Assembly: GCA_041649715.1 (NCBI GenBank)
Contig: JBAZMP010000001.1
Span: 146,741 to 210,740, forward strand
Direction: 5' to 3'
DNA: 64,000 bases
Source: Patescibacteria group bacterium
GTDB lineage: Bacteria > Patescibacteriota > Patescibacteriia > JAXHNJ01
Of the stretch, positions 48,101-58,057 are shown in pieces. The notes beneath the pieces were generated by a model, which was not told where the DNA came from, ran no database searches, and saw only the letters and a program-made list of their open reading frames with translations. The first letter of the stretch is position 1, and the number at the start of each line of letters is the position of its first letter. The position numbers and the translations under genes were made by a program.

Positions 48101-50747
48101 CCAAGGCCGCGGCGGTGAGGTGTTCAGATATCCCGTTAAAGATTTTAATCTTACGACTGAATGGCAGCGTTTTTCTTTCACCGAAATTTTCAATACGCTC
48201 TATCTCGAAGGTGGCGTCCCGAAATATCCGAATTTAGTCGTGGTCGCTTTCCGGCCGGTGGAAGGACGCGTCCTGTACTTTGACGGTATGCAGGTGGAGG
48301 AAGGTGGTTTATCCAATTATAAAGACTATGGCTCGGAGAATAAGATTTATCTGAATAAAAACCGTCTGGCTTGCGAAGCCAAAGACGTCGGCTGCGACAA
48401 ATACACGCCGGTAAAGGGAGGCCTATCCGTTCCCGGCGTGGTCTATGGTCAGAACATGTGTTCGGCGGACAAAGTCGGCTGCCAGTCTTTCAGGGAAACG
48501 GCCATTGATAATATTCCCAAGAGAAGTGGTCAGGATCCGGTTTACTTCATCTCCGGCACGGGCACGAGTTGTCCGAACACGGCGGTCGGCTGCGAAGAAT
48601 ATACCAATCTTGATGAAGTGGCAAGAGGCGGAGAAGGCAAGGAATATTTCCAGCAAATCAGGCAGTGCATCAAGCCGAATACGCCCAGTATTCCGATCGC
48701 AAATTATTATACTTGGGAAGGCAGCGATACGGCCGGCTATCAGCTAAGAGCTTTCCGTTATCTAGTCAGTAATTTAAACAATTATAACGGTGAAAGCGGT
48801 AACGCGCCCTGCACGAATTTAAGCATCGAGGCGGGCGGCACGACTCCCTCCTGTGTCGATGTTAATACCCTTGATGAAACGGAAAGCTTAAGACCGGCTT
48901 TCTGCACGGCGGACGATCTGGCGTCTAACCCCGACTGCACCGAGTTTTACGATACCGCCGGCCATATTTTTTACCGGCTGAGATCGCGCATTATCGTGGA
49001 GACGGACAAATGTTATTCTTACCGCAATACCACGGACGCCCAGGAAGATCCGGCCTCGAATAAAATATACTTTATCAATGCCGATACCAGCGTTAGGTGC
49101 GCGGCCAGCCAGGCGGGTTGCCGCGAATACAAAGGCAACACCGGGGAGGTGACCCGCGACATCTTTAAGGATGATTTTGAAAAAGTGGAAACTGGCGCGG
49201 TTAACTGGGTGACCGGCAATGTCAGCAATGAATCTTTGCGGGCCAATGAGCATTCTCTCCACGTCACGGGCAATACCACGGCGACCAGCACGAACGTTCC
49301 CAATGTTTTGAAAGAGGGCAAGATGGCCAACGGCCAATACTATAAGATTTCTTTTTGGTTGAAGCCGGATACAGCGACGACCATTAATAGTGTCTTTATC
49401 CAAGATAATTTGCCGTCCGGGCCGGCTGGCCGACTGGATTTCCCGGGTTTGGCCGTTCCCTTGGCTGTTACTTCTGACTGGAATAAATACACATTTGGCC
49501 CCTTATTGTTCGACCGCAGCCCGGCAAGCCCCGGTGATTACGAACAACTGGTGATCAGCCTTAACGGCGCCTATTATCTGGACAATGTGTCGCTGGAAGA
49601 GGTGAATGATACTGTTTATCTGATCAAGAATACTTATCTAAGTTGCCAGGCGGCCGACCTGGGCTGTCAGGAATATAAGAATAGCAGGGGAATAAGCAAA
49701 TTTATCAAATCCTTTGACCATTTATGTGCCGAGAAGTTTATCGGCTGCCAGGCGATGATCAATACCCGAAATTCCACTAATCCGTATCAGACGACGGTCA
49801 AGGGCATTGTTACGCCGGCGGACACATTTGAGACATACGTGAACAACAGCGCTAATTATTGCTCGGCTTCGGCCAAAGGCTGCCAGCGTTTTGGCTTGCC
49901 GGCCTTAGACTCGACTAATCAGCCGACGGCCTGGCAGACGAAATACTTGATTAATGATCCGGATAAGTATCAATACATAGACAGCGAAGGCAATGACAAG
50001 TCTATTGCTTGTGTGGCGTCTGAGGAGGGCTGCGACGAATTTAATTACAGCAATGGAACGGGGGTCAGCTGGTTTAAGGATCCCCAGGGCAAGACCTGCG
50101 AGTATAAACAAACGCCGGATTCAACCGAATACCGCTGGTATAAGAAAAACACGAATCTTCTCTGCCCGTACGTGACGCCGCCGCTGGAAACTCAGCCTTC
50201 AGGTAAGGCTTGTGTTATGACTTGTGCCGCCGGGATATACGCCGGTCAGGCTTGCGTTTTGAATAGCGATTGCCCGAACAGCTATTGTAATGGTGACGCC
50301 ACCGATGTCGGCAAGGCCTGCACGTCAGACGCTAACTGCAAACCGGGCAACAGGTGCGATTACTGGGCGGGTTTATGTCCCGAGGCCCAGAGCGGCTGCA
50401 ATGAATATCGCGATCCTTCTGATCCGGAAAATTGCCGGTCGCAGTGCCCCTTAGAGGAGATTGGGGGAGAGCCGGTGCCGATGGATGAAAATTGTAAATA
50501 TACGGTTTGTGTAGGAGGCACCAAAAACGGAGAGAGTTGCTATTCCAGCGGAGATTGTCTGGGCGGCGGCACCTGTGTGGCCTCCGGCGTGTCGGCCATC
50601 GGTCTGCCCGGCTGCCATTCTTATTACTACATTAAAGACAGCGTGGAGGCCAACCAGGAAGAGTGCGGCAATACCGTCAATGTGGAAGAAGGTTGCCTGC
50701 CCTTTAACGATACCTCTAATCCGGTCTTAAACATGAGAGGTCAGTAA
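45138..50747 (+). CDS. Giant secreted Cys-rich protein (1869 aa) with CBM-like beta-sandwich inserts
   Basis: Signal peptide; many C...VGC..Y modules; NIFANSSFE...FTFSFYAKAD...LTTEWQRFSFT...YFDGMQVEEG. Confidence 0.82.
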   Translation: MPRSPVGKNKKKQTISSYFMLLFFVSVIVIPFLLKPERADAQMVDPTGWPRTIFTEIKQAYRWVKDNIYNKLQGTLKEAAAVAFKNSMKVFFGRLAEDTAVWLASAGTGQKPLFLSDPGQYFKDVGDAALGDALYTLGANTFGVNVCEPDLSAKISITFALGKTFNPSTWCQDSCRSTNSTQSKAVSAKYIMTSDMTEEQKERTIDYFKAFDSEAGIENFKDLKPGSFICPVTCPTGIGRMGFIPNCSNPAYADEGGTPLNTERVNLQACITTMQFLYDSELQKSQTDLNLCLRNCTKGARKAQCTASTVLKNVKNLKDQKIIGTQVGLYFQPEQNDLGQLLTLYGVLQEKKQSEIDAERLLYQNQIGPVTSKVTREVLTPSELVQARGTVSLQQATATEEVYTGSIKADVVTIFTNTLINKLIQRFYGGKCALNPSAEACKGPSGGSKLSQLIFGGGGPSGIAAAKLQFASIAKLNFTRGSPGQDPIAINDLVAKGIVDSGFQTAIDQMLTVKEAIDKGLVGGTFGFDVEGREPNLDSGVPYQTIVYLRKYRVVPVGWELAAEWIRDHPQNITLEKLVSEEFSRCDSDKHFCSNNNTRSCQADSDCYDENIYPACTGNSQCPGQICLSATEGAKSVCYDSCDPDVPPEDLPCGDGRECRTTATGTGYCVRTDEPFCQPESGVSPFCGLVDPNWVLKMPETYCEKRGASDTILAKDFICDEDTNGDEKVDCNNGDIGHWQISRDSETCVDEVACLKEDSQGKCQAYGYCFEEKPIWRFNGDECSRVYASCQSYTAADGSTVSYLKNTLDTNGCDATNAGCRWYCAEPAYDTATGQWSCTRDNASNKIRFDRDVAECDETEVGCQEYITTGESSGANIFANSSFEYYTVQIDDGVPDLYSDYTPGYPSVWVGNQNILSPCGAAAEAVSDAYTGGAALKLTWRDTCSATDSGHYMVLNDINTGHSVLNRTFTFSFYAKADAATVLTVNASQGRGGEVFRYPVKDFNLTTEWQRFSFTEIFNTLYLEGGVPKYPNLVVVAFRPVEGRVLYFDGMQVEEGGLSNYKDYGSENKIYLNKNRLACEAKDVGCDKYTPVKGGLSVPGVVYGQNMCSADKVGCQSFRETAIDNIPKRSGQDPVYFISGTGTSCPNTAVGCEEYTNLDEVARGGEGKEYFQQIRQCIKPNTPSIPIANYYTWEGSDTAGYQLRAFRYLVSNLNNYNGESGNAPCTNLSIEAGGTTPSCVDVNTLDETESLRPAFCTADDLASNPDCTEFYDTAGHIFYRLRSRIIVETDKCYSYRNTTDAQEDPASNKIYFINADTSVRCAASQAGCREYKGNTGEVTRDIFKDDFEKVETGAVNWVTGNVSNESLRANEHSLHVTGNTTATSTNVPNVLKEGKMANGQYYKISFWLKPDTATTINSVFIQDNLPSGPAGRLDFPGLAVPLAVTSDWNKYTFGPLLFDRSPASPGDYEQLVISLNGAYYLDNVSLEEVNDTVYLIKNTYLSCQAADLGCQEYKNSRGISKFIKSFDHLCAEKFIGCQAMINTRNSTNPYQTTVKGIVTPADTFETYVNNSANYCSASAKGCQRFGLPALDSTNQPTAWQTKYLINDPDKYQYIDSEGNDKSIACVASEEGCDEFNYSNGTGVSWFKDPQGKTCEYKQTPDSTEYRWYKKNTNLLCPYVTPPLETQPSGKACVMTCAAGIYAGQACVLNSDCPNSYCNGDATDVGKACTSDANCKPGNRCDYWAGLCPEAQSGCNEYRDPSDPENCRSQCPLEEIGGEPVPMDENCKYTVCVGGTKNGESCYSSGDCLGGGTCVASGVSAIGLPGCHSYYYIKDSVEANQEECGNTVNVEEGCLPFNDTSNPVLNMRGQ

Positions 50748-50753
50748 AGACCT

Positions 50754-53700
50754 ATGTTTACTGCCAAAAAATTTCTTTCCATAAAAATAGTTTCTTTGAT
50801 AATTTCATCAGCCGTTTTTCTGATTTTTACCGCGTTGGCGGGGGAGGTAAAAGCGATCAGCATTTCTTCCGGTCCAACCGCATCTAGTCTGACAACGACC
50901 ACGGCCAATATTTCCTGGCAGACGAACGAAATCGGCAATTCCCAGGTGTATTACACGGATAACGGCAATCCCGGCTGGATCACGAGCAAGGTGGAATCAT
51001 CCACTTTTTCCTTTTTATCTGTTGACGGCTTGAGTAGAAAAAATTTGTGGGCTTTGGGTATCGGTGACGGGGTCAGTAAAATATATCATTATGATGGCGC
51101 TTCTTGGGTTCTTCAGTATTCAACCGCCGCCATCACTCTGCATTCAATTGCGGTCATCGATTCCACTCACGCTTGGGCCGTGGGCAGCGGAGGCAACATT
51201 CTTTTTTATAACGGTTCAAGTTGGTCCCTTCAGGCGACCCTGGGCGGGTATCTGAACAAGGTTTACGCTCTTGACTCTTCGCACGTGTGGGCGGTCGGTG
51301 ACAATGCCGCCGACCAGGGCGCTTTATTCTTTTTTGACGGGTCCGCCTGGAGTGTCAAAGCCACGTATTCCGAAACCCTAAAAAGTCTCTGGGTCAGCGA
51401 TGCGACTCATATTTGGGCGATTACGCAATTAGGCGAAATTCTGTTCTATAACGGCAGTTCAATGGTTAGCCAGGCGAGCTACTCTTATGCTCTGTATGAT
51501 ATTGACGGCTATGACTCAAGTCATGTCTGGGTGGTGGGACAGGGAGGATATATTGTTTTTTTCAACGGTACTAGTTGGCAACTTCAATCTACGGCTTCAG
51601 GTGTTTTATTTGCGGTGCACGTGGTCGGTCCCGGCAGTGTCTGGGCGGTAGGCGGTACCCAGGCTTACCATACCGAAAACGGCGGGGCAAACTGGAGTGC
51701 GGTTAGCCCGCCGGTAGGCAGCATGTATGCCGTATTTCATTTCTCGGCAAATCAAGTATGGGTCGGCAGTTATTTAGGCAACATTCATTATTACGGGTTA
51801 AATTATAATTATTCATATTATACCGCGCCCGAAGTCACTAATCATCAAATGACCCTTTCCAGTCTGGCTCCTTCGACAACCTATTATTATTACGTCTGCT
51901 CGGCAAGCTCTGGTCAAGAAGTGTGCAGCAATGATTATAGCTTTACTACCCTGGGAGTTTGTCCGGACGGCACGTATGCCGGTCTGTGCAGCGGTACCCG
52001 ATATTGCGATCCGGTCCTTCTGACACTTGTTGATAATTGCATCCAGTGCAGCTACGTCTGTCCTTCGGCCACGCCTTACTGCAATACTGCCAATGGCCAA
52101 TGTCTGGCTGGCTGTAACCTGACAACTCCGGTCGGCAGCTGTTACAACACGCAATACTGCGCCAGCGCCAATACCTTTGTCAATGATTGCCGGCAGTGCG
52201 GTTATACTTGCCCTTCCGGCACGCCTTACTGCAATACGGCCAATGGCCAATGTCTGGCTGGCTGTAACCTGACAACTCCGGTCGGCAGCTGTTACAACAC
52301 GCAATACTGCGCCAGCGCCAATACCTTTGTCAATGATTGCCGGCAGTGCGGTTATACTTGCCCTTCCGGCACGCCTTACTGCAATACGGCCAATGGCCAA
52401 TGTCTGGCTGGCTGTAATCTAACAACTCCGGTCGGCGGCTGCTCCGGCACCCAGTATTGTCAAAGTGCGAATAATCTCGTGAATAATTGTTTACAGTGCG
52501 GATATACCTGCCCCAGCGGAACAAATTTCTGCAATAACGGCACTTGCGAAGCCTGGTGCGCGACGGATATCAGTGTAGGTGAGTGCCGCGGCGATCAGAT
52601 GTGCACTTCCAGTTTGGCCTTTGAAAATTGGTGCAATTACTGCGGCTATTATTGCCCCGCCACCGAATATTGTGATGGAACGACGCATCAATGCGATAAT
52701 ACCAAATGTTCCGACGGCACGGCCCGCGGCACCTGCAATACCAACCAGCAATATTGCTGCGGCGATACCGATACATTTTGCACGCCGGGCACCCTGACTA
52801 ATAAATGCACCAAATGCGGCTATACTTGTTCTTCCAGCGAACCTTATTGCAATGCCAATTTTGATTGCGAACCAAGCTGTCCCGACGGCACCCCTTTTGG
52901 CCAGTGCAATACTGCTACCAAGTGGTATTGCGCAGATGGCGCATATTACCCGGCCGACGGCCCGAATTGCTACGTTTGCGATTTTGACTGCTCTTTAACA
53001 CCCGGTACTCCTTATTGCGACGAGGATGAAACTCAAGCCTGTATCAATCGCTGTTCCGACGGCACGGAAGCAAGTCAGTGTTCCAATACCAGTACCAAAT
53101 ACTGCAATGATTCTTACCAGCTGGTCGATGATTGCCGGCAGTCCTGCGGTTATACTTGTTCTGGCGCCACGCCGCAATGCAACGACTTGACGGGCGTTTG
53201 CGAGGCGGACACCACGCCGCCGGTCATTAATAATATCAATGTGGTGCCGGATATTAATAGCGCCGTTCTGACCTTTGACACTTCCGAGCCGACGCAGGCT
53301 TTCATCCTTTTGAACTCGACGCCGTCCTGCGACGGAGACGTGACCGCGATCGGGCTTTTGGGCTTTGCTTCCAGCCGGACTATCGAATTTTCCGATTATG
53401 CCGGTCAGCTTGCTCCCTTAACGACTTATTATTTCTGCATAACGGTTTATGATGCCGCCTTTAATTACGCCGCGACAACCGAGCCTTCTCCTTGGTTTTT
53501 TACCACTCTGGCCGCTCCTGATACGACGCCCCCAACCGTTGATATTATCGCCCCGCAGGAAGGGGAAAATATTTCCACCCCGACCTATACGATTACGGTA
53601 CAAGCCAGTGATGATAACAGTGTTAGTTACCTTGATCTTGGTTTTGACGGCGCTGTCGATGATTTTTCTTTCGCCCATTTGACCACGGCCCCTTATGAAT

Positions 53701-54125
53701 ATGATTTTGACGTCAGCCTCTATAGTACCGGCGAACATACTTTACGGGCGAGGGCGACTGACGGGGCGGGTAATTCCGCCCTTGCCGAACGCCATTTTAC
53801 CATCAGTTTTGACGCCAAACCGCCGGTCATTGACAATATCTCCGACCAAGTGCAGATCGGCGCCAACGATATTCCCTATGCGGTCATCACCTGGCGGACG
53901 AACGAGCCGGCCACTTCACGAGTGGATTTCACCCTGGAAAATTTGGACGGCACTTATGACGGAACTTACGGCGGCGACACAAATTGCGCCAGCCTAACTG
54001 ATTGCGTCAAAGACGACACTTTGGTCACTGACGGGCACAGCATAACGTTGCCCAATTTGGAAAAAAACCGGCGCTATCATTATCAGATTACTTCCTGCGA
54101 CAGTAATAATTATTGCAGCCACTAA
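50754..54125 (+). CDS. Secreted adhesin-like protein: FN3-like, beta-propeller, 8 Cys-rich repeats, Ig/FN3 domains
   Basis: Signal peptide; repeated WAVG..G.I..Y.G.SW blades; Cys repeats; DTTPP linkers; ITW.TNEPA.S.V. Confidence 0.85.
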   Translation: MFTAKKFLSIKIVSLIISSAVFLIFTALAGEVKAISISSGPTASSLTTTTANISWQTNEIGNSQVYYTDNGNPGWITSKVESSTFSFLSVDGLSRKNLWALGIGDGVSKIYHYDGASWVLQYSTAAITLHSIAVIDSTHAWAVGSGGNILFYNGSSWSLQATLGGYLNKVYALDSSHVWAVGDNAADQGALFFFDGSAWSVKATYSETLKSLWVSDATHIWAITQLGEILFYNGSSMVSQASYSYALYDIDGYDSSHVWVVGQGGYIVFFNGTSWQLQSTASGVLFAVHVVGPGSVWAVGGTQAYHTENGGANWSAVSPPVGSMYAVFHFSANQVWVGSYLGNIHYYGLNYNYSYYTAPEVTNHQMTLSSLAPSTTYYYYVCSASSGQEVCSNDYSFTTLGVCPDGTYAGLCSGTRYCDPVLLTLVDNCIQCSYVCPSATPYCNTANGQCLAGCNLTTPVGSCYNTQYCASANTFVNDCRQCGYTCPSGTPYCNTANGQCLAGCNLTTPVGSCYNTQYCASANTFVNDCRQCGYTCPSGTPYCNTANGQCLAGCNLTTPVGGCSGTQYCQSANNLVNNCLQCGYTCPSGTNFCNNGTCEAWCATDISVGECRGDQMCTSSLAFENWCNYCGYYCPATEYCDGTTHQCDNTKCSDGTARGTCNTNQQYCCGDTDTFCTPGTLTNKCTKCGYTCSSSEPYCNANFDCEPSCPDGTPFGQCNTATKWYCADGAYYPADGPNCYVCDFDCSLTPGTPYCDEDETQACINRCSDGTEASQCSNTSTKYCNDSYQLVDDCRQSCGYTCSGATPQCNDLTGVCEADTTPPVINNINVVPDINSAVLTFDTSEPTQAFILLNSTPSCDGDVTAIGLLGFASSRTIEFSDYAGQLAPLTTYYFCITVYDAAFNYAATTEPSPWFFTTLAAPDTTPPTVDIIAPQEGENISTPTYTITVQASDDNSVSYLDLGFDGAVDDFSFAHLTTAPYEYDFDVSLYSTGEHTLRARATDGAGNSALAERHFTISFDAKPPVIDNISDQVQIGANDIPYAVITWRTNEPATSRVDFTLENLDGTYDGTYGGDTNCASLTDCVKDDTLVTDGHSITLPNLEKNRRYHYQITSCDSNNYCSH
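52071..52436 (+). repeat. 150-bp tandem repeat (about 2.4 copies)
   Basis: Units start at 52071, 52221 and 52371; the first two differ at one base by eye; each encodes a 50-aa, 8-Cys module. Confidence 0.92.
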
Positions 54126-54139
54126 CGATAAATTTTCTT

Positions 54140-57100
54140 ATGAATAAGCTAAGAGAAAAAATTAAAGAGAGAAAAATTTTAAGCTTTAAGCGAGCCCTTG
54201 TTTTAGGTTTTTGTCTCGTTATTCTTTTTGCGGCCGCAAATCTTTGGGCTTCATCTTTTATTAATGCTTTGCCAAAAATAATTTCGCCGGCCAAAGCCCA
54301 GACGACTTCTCTTTATTTGGTCAATATCAATGTTACCGCCATCACTTCCACGACGGCGACCATCACCTGGGAGACGAATTTACCGGCTAATTCAAGCCTT
54401 AAATACGGGCTGACCGATGCCTATGAATTGACCAGTACTTGTGGCTCCTGCCAGGCCACCGATCTGGTCACCACCCACCGCCTGACCGTCGGCAATTTGA
54501 ACGCGGCCACCACTTATCATTTTCAGGTGATCTCCGCCACCGCCTCCGAGACAAAAACGAGCCAGGACCGCAATTTCGCCACCGCCAGTCCTTCCGGCGG
54601 GTCTGACACGACCGCTCCTTTTGTCACTTATATCAAGGTGGATTCCACCAATACGCAGGCCATCGTGAATATTAATACCAACGAAGAGACGCACGTGACG
54701 GTTTACTATAGCCTGACTCCCGGCGTTACCCAGGCCACGCCGACTTATGTCGCCGAAGATCCAGACCAGCCCTACCGGATAAGTCATGCCCCGGCTTTTA
54801 CGGTTACCGGCGGCACGCGCTATTATTACCGGATCTACTCGGTTGACCGGAACGGCAACAGTTCCCTTACCGCCGAGTTTGATTTTACTTCCTCCACTTC
54901 CACCGATCACGTTTTTTCCACCGGCCTGTGTCCGGGCAATGTGCCCCTGGGCGCCTGCACGGCTGACGGCAATTACTGTGATGTCGGTACCGGCACTTTG
55001 GTAAAGAACTGCGAACAGTGCGGCGCCAGCTGTGCGGCCGGTCAGACCTGCCGGCCGGGCGGCGAATGCACTAATGATCCTTCTTTGTCCGGCGATCCCT
55101 ACCAGTGCAATTCTTCCGCTTGTTACGATGCCGCCAATCAATTTACGCCGTCGGCGACGGTAAATTGCTACGCCAGCTATCCGAGATGCGACGCTAACAC
55201 CATCCTGAAAGTGAAAAGGGATCGCGAATGCGCCAAGTGGTTCACCTGCGGGACGGCGATCGATCAGAACAATCCGACGACCGGCCAAAGCGAAGAACTC
55301 TGTCTTAATTCCGCCGTCTGTACTTCCTTGGGCGAGAACGGGCAATGCAACAGTTATGTGGAACTGCCGAAAGCGGAAATGACCTACCGGACCCCGGCCG
55401 AAATAAGCAAAATAAAATATCTGACCGGCTCGCTAAACGCCGGCCTGGACTGGCAATACCAGTCAGGCGCCCCGGTCATCAGGGGCTATTACCCCTGGTC
55501 AGCCATGGAAGAAGTGGGCGGCAAGATCAGTATTGAAAATTATAATTTTGAAAATACGACCAGCCCGCGGGCCGTGGATAATGATCCGGCTTCATCAAGT
55601 GTTTTGACCTACGATATCCGGCTTTGGCCGGCCTGGCAGACTTACGCTGATCCCGTCTCGGAAACAAATCCGGCGATCTCCAGTGAATGGGATCCGGAGA
55701 CGGCCAATAAAAAAGATAACCATGTGCTGGCGGTCCAGCAAATTTCCGCCCTTAATCAAGGGGCGGTGGTTAAGCTGGGGGCCGCCACTTCCACGGGCTT
55801 CCAATACGTCTTAAGCCTGAAAATAAAGTCATCCGCCCCCCAGGAGCAGAAAGTCACTTTCGCGCTGGCCAACAACACCAACCCCGGCGGCAGCTCACCG
55901 GACGTGAGCTCTTTCGGCGAATACGCGCTTACTACCGGCTGGCAGACTATTTTGACCCGGGCGACGGCGGGCGTCGGCGGCAGCGTCAATTATCTGCGGA
56001 TCTATGTTTCTGGCGGCAGCCTCCAAACTTTTTATATTGATGAGGTAAAAATTCAGCCAGTCTTAGAGGCGGGTTCGGGGGTTTATCTTTCCCGTTCCTG
56101 CCGGCTTTATCCCAAGGAAGATTCGCCGGCCTGCGAATACACCGACGATAACGGCATCACTAATAAGGGCTGGTACGGCTATTGCCTGGAGCGCGACCCG
56201 AAGAACGAAAGCCTTTGCCTTTCCTGGTGGCCGGTGGATATTCTTTTCGGCGAATCCAATCTTTTCGGTTCGGAACAAACCGCCGGCTACACCGGCCGGA
56301 AGCCCCTGTATTATTGCTTGGAAAGCCGGGGCAGAGGCAATTATCAACCCTGGGGATTTCAGCCAGACTTTAATGAAGCTGTTTCCAATTGGAATATCTT
56401 TAATTCAAGGGGTTGGGTAAGAACCGCAACGTGGGATAAGATACCGTCAGACCTATTGGATGTTTATCTTTATGATATTGCGAGTATAAGATTACAGACT
56501 GATCCTGACAATGATCACTATCATCCGAGAGGATCTAACGGTAACCCCCCTTATTTGGGGTGGACGAATAATAATCAAGTGGATGGTTGGCAGGCAGATG
56601 ATCTGCAATTTTCCAATAATTATTTTTGGACAATGAGCAATACAACAGTTTCGGAGGATGGGCATCACGGTGACTGGATCCGTTTGCAGGTAGATAATAA
56701 AAATATGGGAGATTTTGACGCGGCACTAAGAATAGCCTTTTATTTTAATCGCACCACATTAAAGTTAGAGCTTTTCGGCTATGTTTGGGCGTATAATAAA
56801 AATAATGTAACTCATTATTCGCCGCCTTACCTGCGTATATACATGTATTTTAAAGATAGATGCGATAAAATCGTGCAGGTGGTGGATGAGTTCGGAAATA
56901 ATGCCGCTTGGGCGGAAACCATAAATTCTTCCGTTACTCCGGTTCTGAATCTTAATTACGGAAAAACCAGCGATTTGGATCCTTATGGCGGCGCCGTGAC
57001 CTCTTCCAGCGATCCGACCAGCTGGTCATTGCCTCTCTTTGCCCAGGACGCCAATGATTATACGATTGGTCTCGGGACGCCTTTTCAACTGCGTTCAGGG

Positions 57101-58054
57101 CGGCCTTACGCTTGTTTTGGCCCTTGTTCGCAGAAGGTATGTTCAGGCGGAGGAAAAGATGGCCAGTCTTGCCATAACAATACTGATTGCTTGGGCGCCA
57201 ATAATACCGGACAGGGTCTTTGCGTGGGCGTTGGCTCTTGCTTTTCAACCGCTCAAGCCTGCACGAATGATTCCCAGTGTCCTGGCGATATCTGTATCGG
57301 CGGCGCGGCCAGCAGCCGAGGCGCCCAATTGGTCAATGACGCGCCAGCAGTCGCGGATTCATATTTTGCCATGCTTAGATTGCGCGGTCTTTTTGCCAAG
57401 ACTTACGGCTTTTGGCGGTGGGATACCGCCACCGGGCATTATGCCGGAGTATATAGTACTCCTCCGGCGGAAATAGAGAATCCAATATTTTATTCCTGGA
57501 ATCCGCCGACGGATAAATGTTCAGGCACAACGCGCCAATACAGCCCGACCGATCTCAACAGTTACTGCGGTTACGCCCCGCAGATCAGAAATATCAAGTT
57601 AGGTGACGGAAGCTCCAATACGGTTAAGCTTGGTTTGGACGGCGGCAAGATAAAATTATCCTTTAACACCGTGGTGGACAGCCAGCAGCAGCCGCTGAAG
57701 ACTTTTTACATTGACTGGGGCGACGGTAATGTGGACGCGATACCATTTGGCTACAAATCAAAAGACAGTCCCGATAGTCCCCATGTTTATAATCATGCTT
57801 ACGGCAGTTGCAGGAGCGCTAGTTGCACATATGTCATTAAGATATTGGCCGAAGACAGCTGGGGCTGGTGTTCTGCTCGACCGGAAGGCCGGACTGGCTC
57901 TTGCGAAGATATTTCTCTTGAAGGAAACAAGGCTCGCTGGGATCCGGTGGACAGCAATGCCTGTTCTGGCGGGACCTGTATCGACGGTATCTGCACCGAC
58001 GGGGTGGACGGCGGCCGGTCCTGCGGCGCTTTAACCGTGGAATTAAAAGATTAA
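54140..58054 (+). CDS. Giant secreted Cys-rich protein with FN3-like, CBM-like and PKD-like domains
   Basis: N-terminal TM/signal; ITWETN.PA.S..YG; SCRLYP..DS..C.Y; IDWGDG..H.Y.H.Y. Confidence 0.82.
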   Translation: MNKLREKIKERKILSFKRALVLGFCLVILFAAANLWASSFINALPKIISPAKAQTTSLYLVNINVTAITSTTATITWETNLPANSSLKYGLTDAYELTSTCGSCQATDLVTTHRLTVGNLNAATTYHFQVISATASETKTSQDRNFATASPSGGSDTTAPFVTYIKVDSTNTQAIVNINTNEETHVTVYYSLTPGVTQATPTYVAEDPDQPYRISHAPAFTVTGGTRYYYRIYSVDRNGNSSLTAEFDFTSSTSTDHVFSTGLCPGNVPLGACTADGNYCDVGTGTLVKNCEQCGASCAAGQTCRPGGECTNDPSLSGDPYQCNSSACYDAANQFTPSATVNCYASYPRCDANTILKVKRDRECAKWFTCGTAIDQNNPTTGQSEELCLNSAVCTSLGENGQCNSYVELPKAEMTYRTPAEISKIKYLTGSLNAGLDWQYQSGAPVIRGYYPWSAMEEVGGKISIENYNFENTTSPRAVDNDPASSSVLTYDIRLWPAWQTYADPVSETNPAISSEWDPETANKKDNHVLAVQQISALNQGAVVKLGAATSTGFQYVLSLKIKSSAPQEQKVTFALANNTNPGGSSPDVSSFGEYALTTGWQTILTRATAGVGGSVNYLRIYVSGGSLQTFYIDEVKIQPVLEAGSGVYLSRSCRLYPKEDSPACEYTDDNGITNKGWYGYCLERDPKNESLCLSWWPVDILFGESNLFGSEQTAGYTGRKPLYYCLESRGRGNYQPWGFQPDFNEAVSNWNIFNSRGWVRTATWDKIPSDLLDVYLYDIASIRLQTDPDNDHYHPRGSNGNPPYLGWTNNNQVDGWQADDLQFSNNYFWTMSNTTVSEDGHHGDWIRLQVDNKNMGDFDAALRIAFYFNRTTLKLELFGYVWAYNKNNVTHYSPPYLRIYMYFKDRCDKIVQVVDEFGNNAAWAETINSSVTPVLNLNYGKTSDLDPYGGAVTSSSDPTSWSLPLFAQDANDYTIGLGTPFQLRSGRPYACFGPCSQKVCSGGGKDGQSCHNNTDCLGANNTGQGLCVGVGSCFSTAQACTNDSQCPGDICIGGAASSRGAQLVNDAPAVADSYFAMLRLRGLFAKTYGFWRWDTATGHYAGVYSTPPAEIENPIFYSWNPPTDKCSGTTRQYSPTDLNSYCGYAPQIRNIKLGDGSSNTVKLGLDGGKIKLSFNTVVDSQQQPLKTFYIDWGDGNVDAIPFGYKSKDSPDSPHVYNHAYGSCRSASCTYVIKILAEDSWGWCSARPEGRTGSCEDISLEGNKARWDPVDSNACSGGTCIDGICTDGVDGGRSCGALTVELKD

Positions 58055-58057
58055 TCA

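Noticed and set aside
52071-52436. CRISPR array or DGR template/variable repeat
   Set aside because: These are contiguous in-frame coding repeats with no spacers and no adenine-specific mismatch pattern. No cas or reverse transcriptase gene is in the window.
54392-55345. 317-aa minus-strand ORF
   Set aside because: It is an antisense shadow of the Cys-rich surface protein gene.
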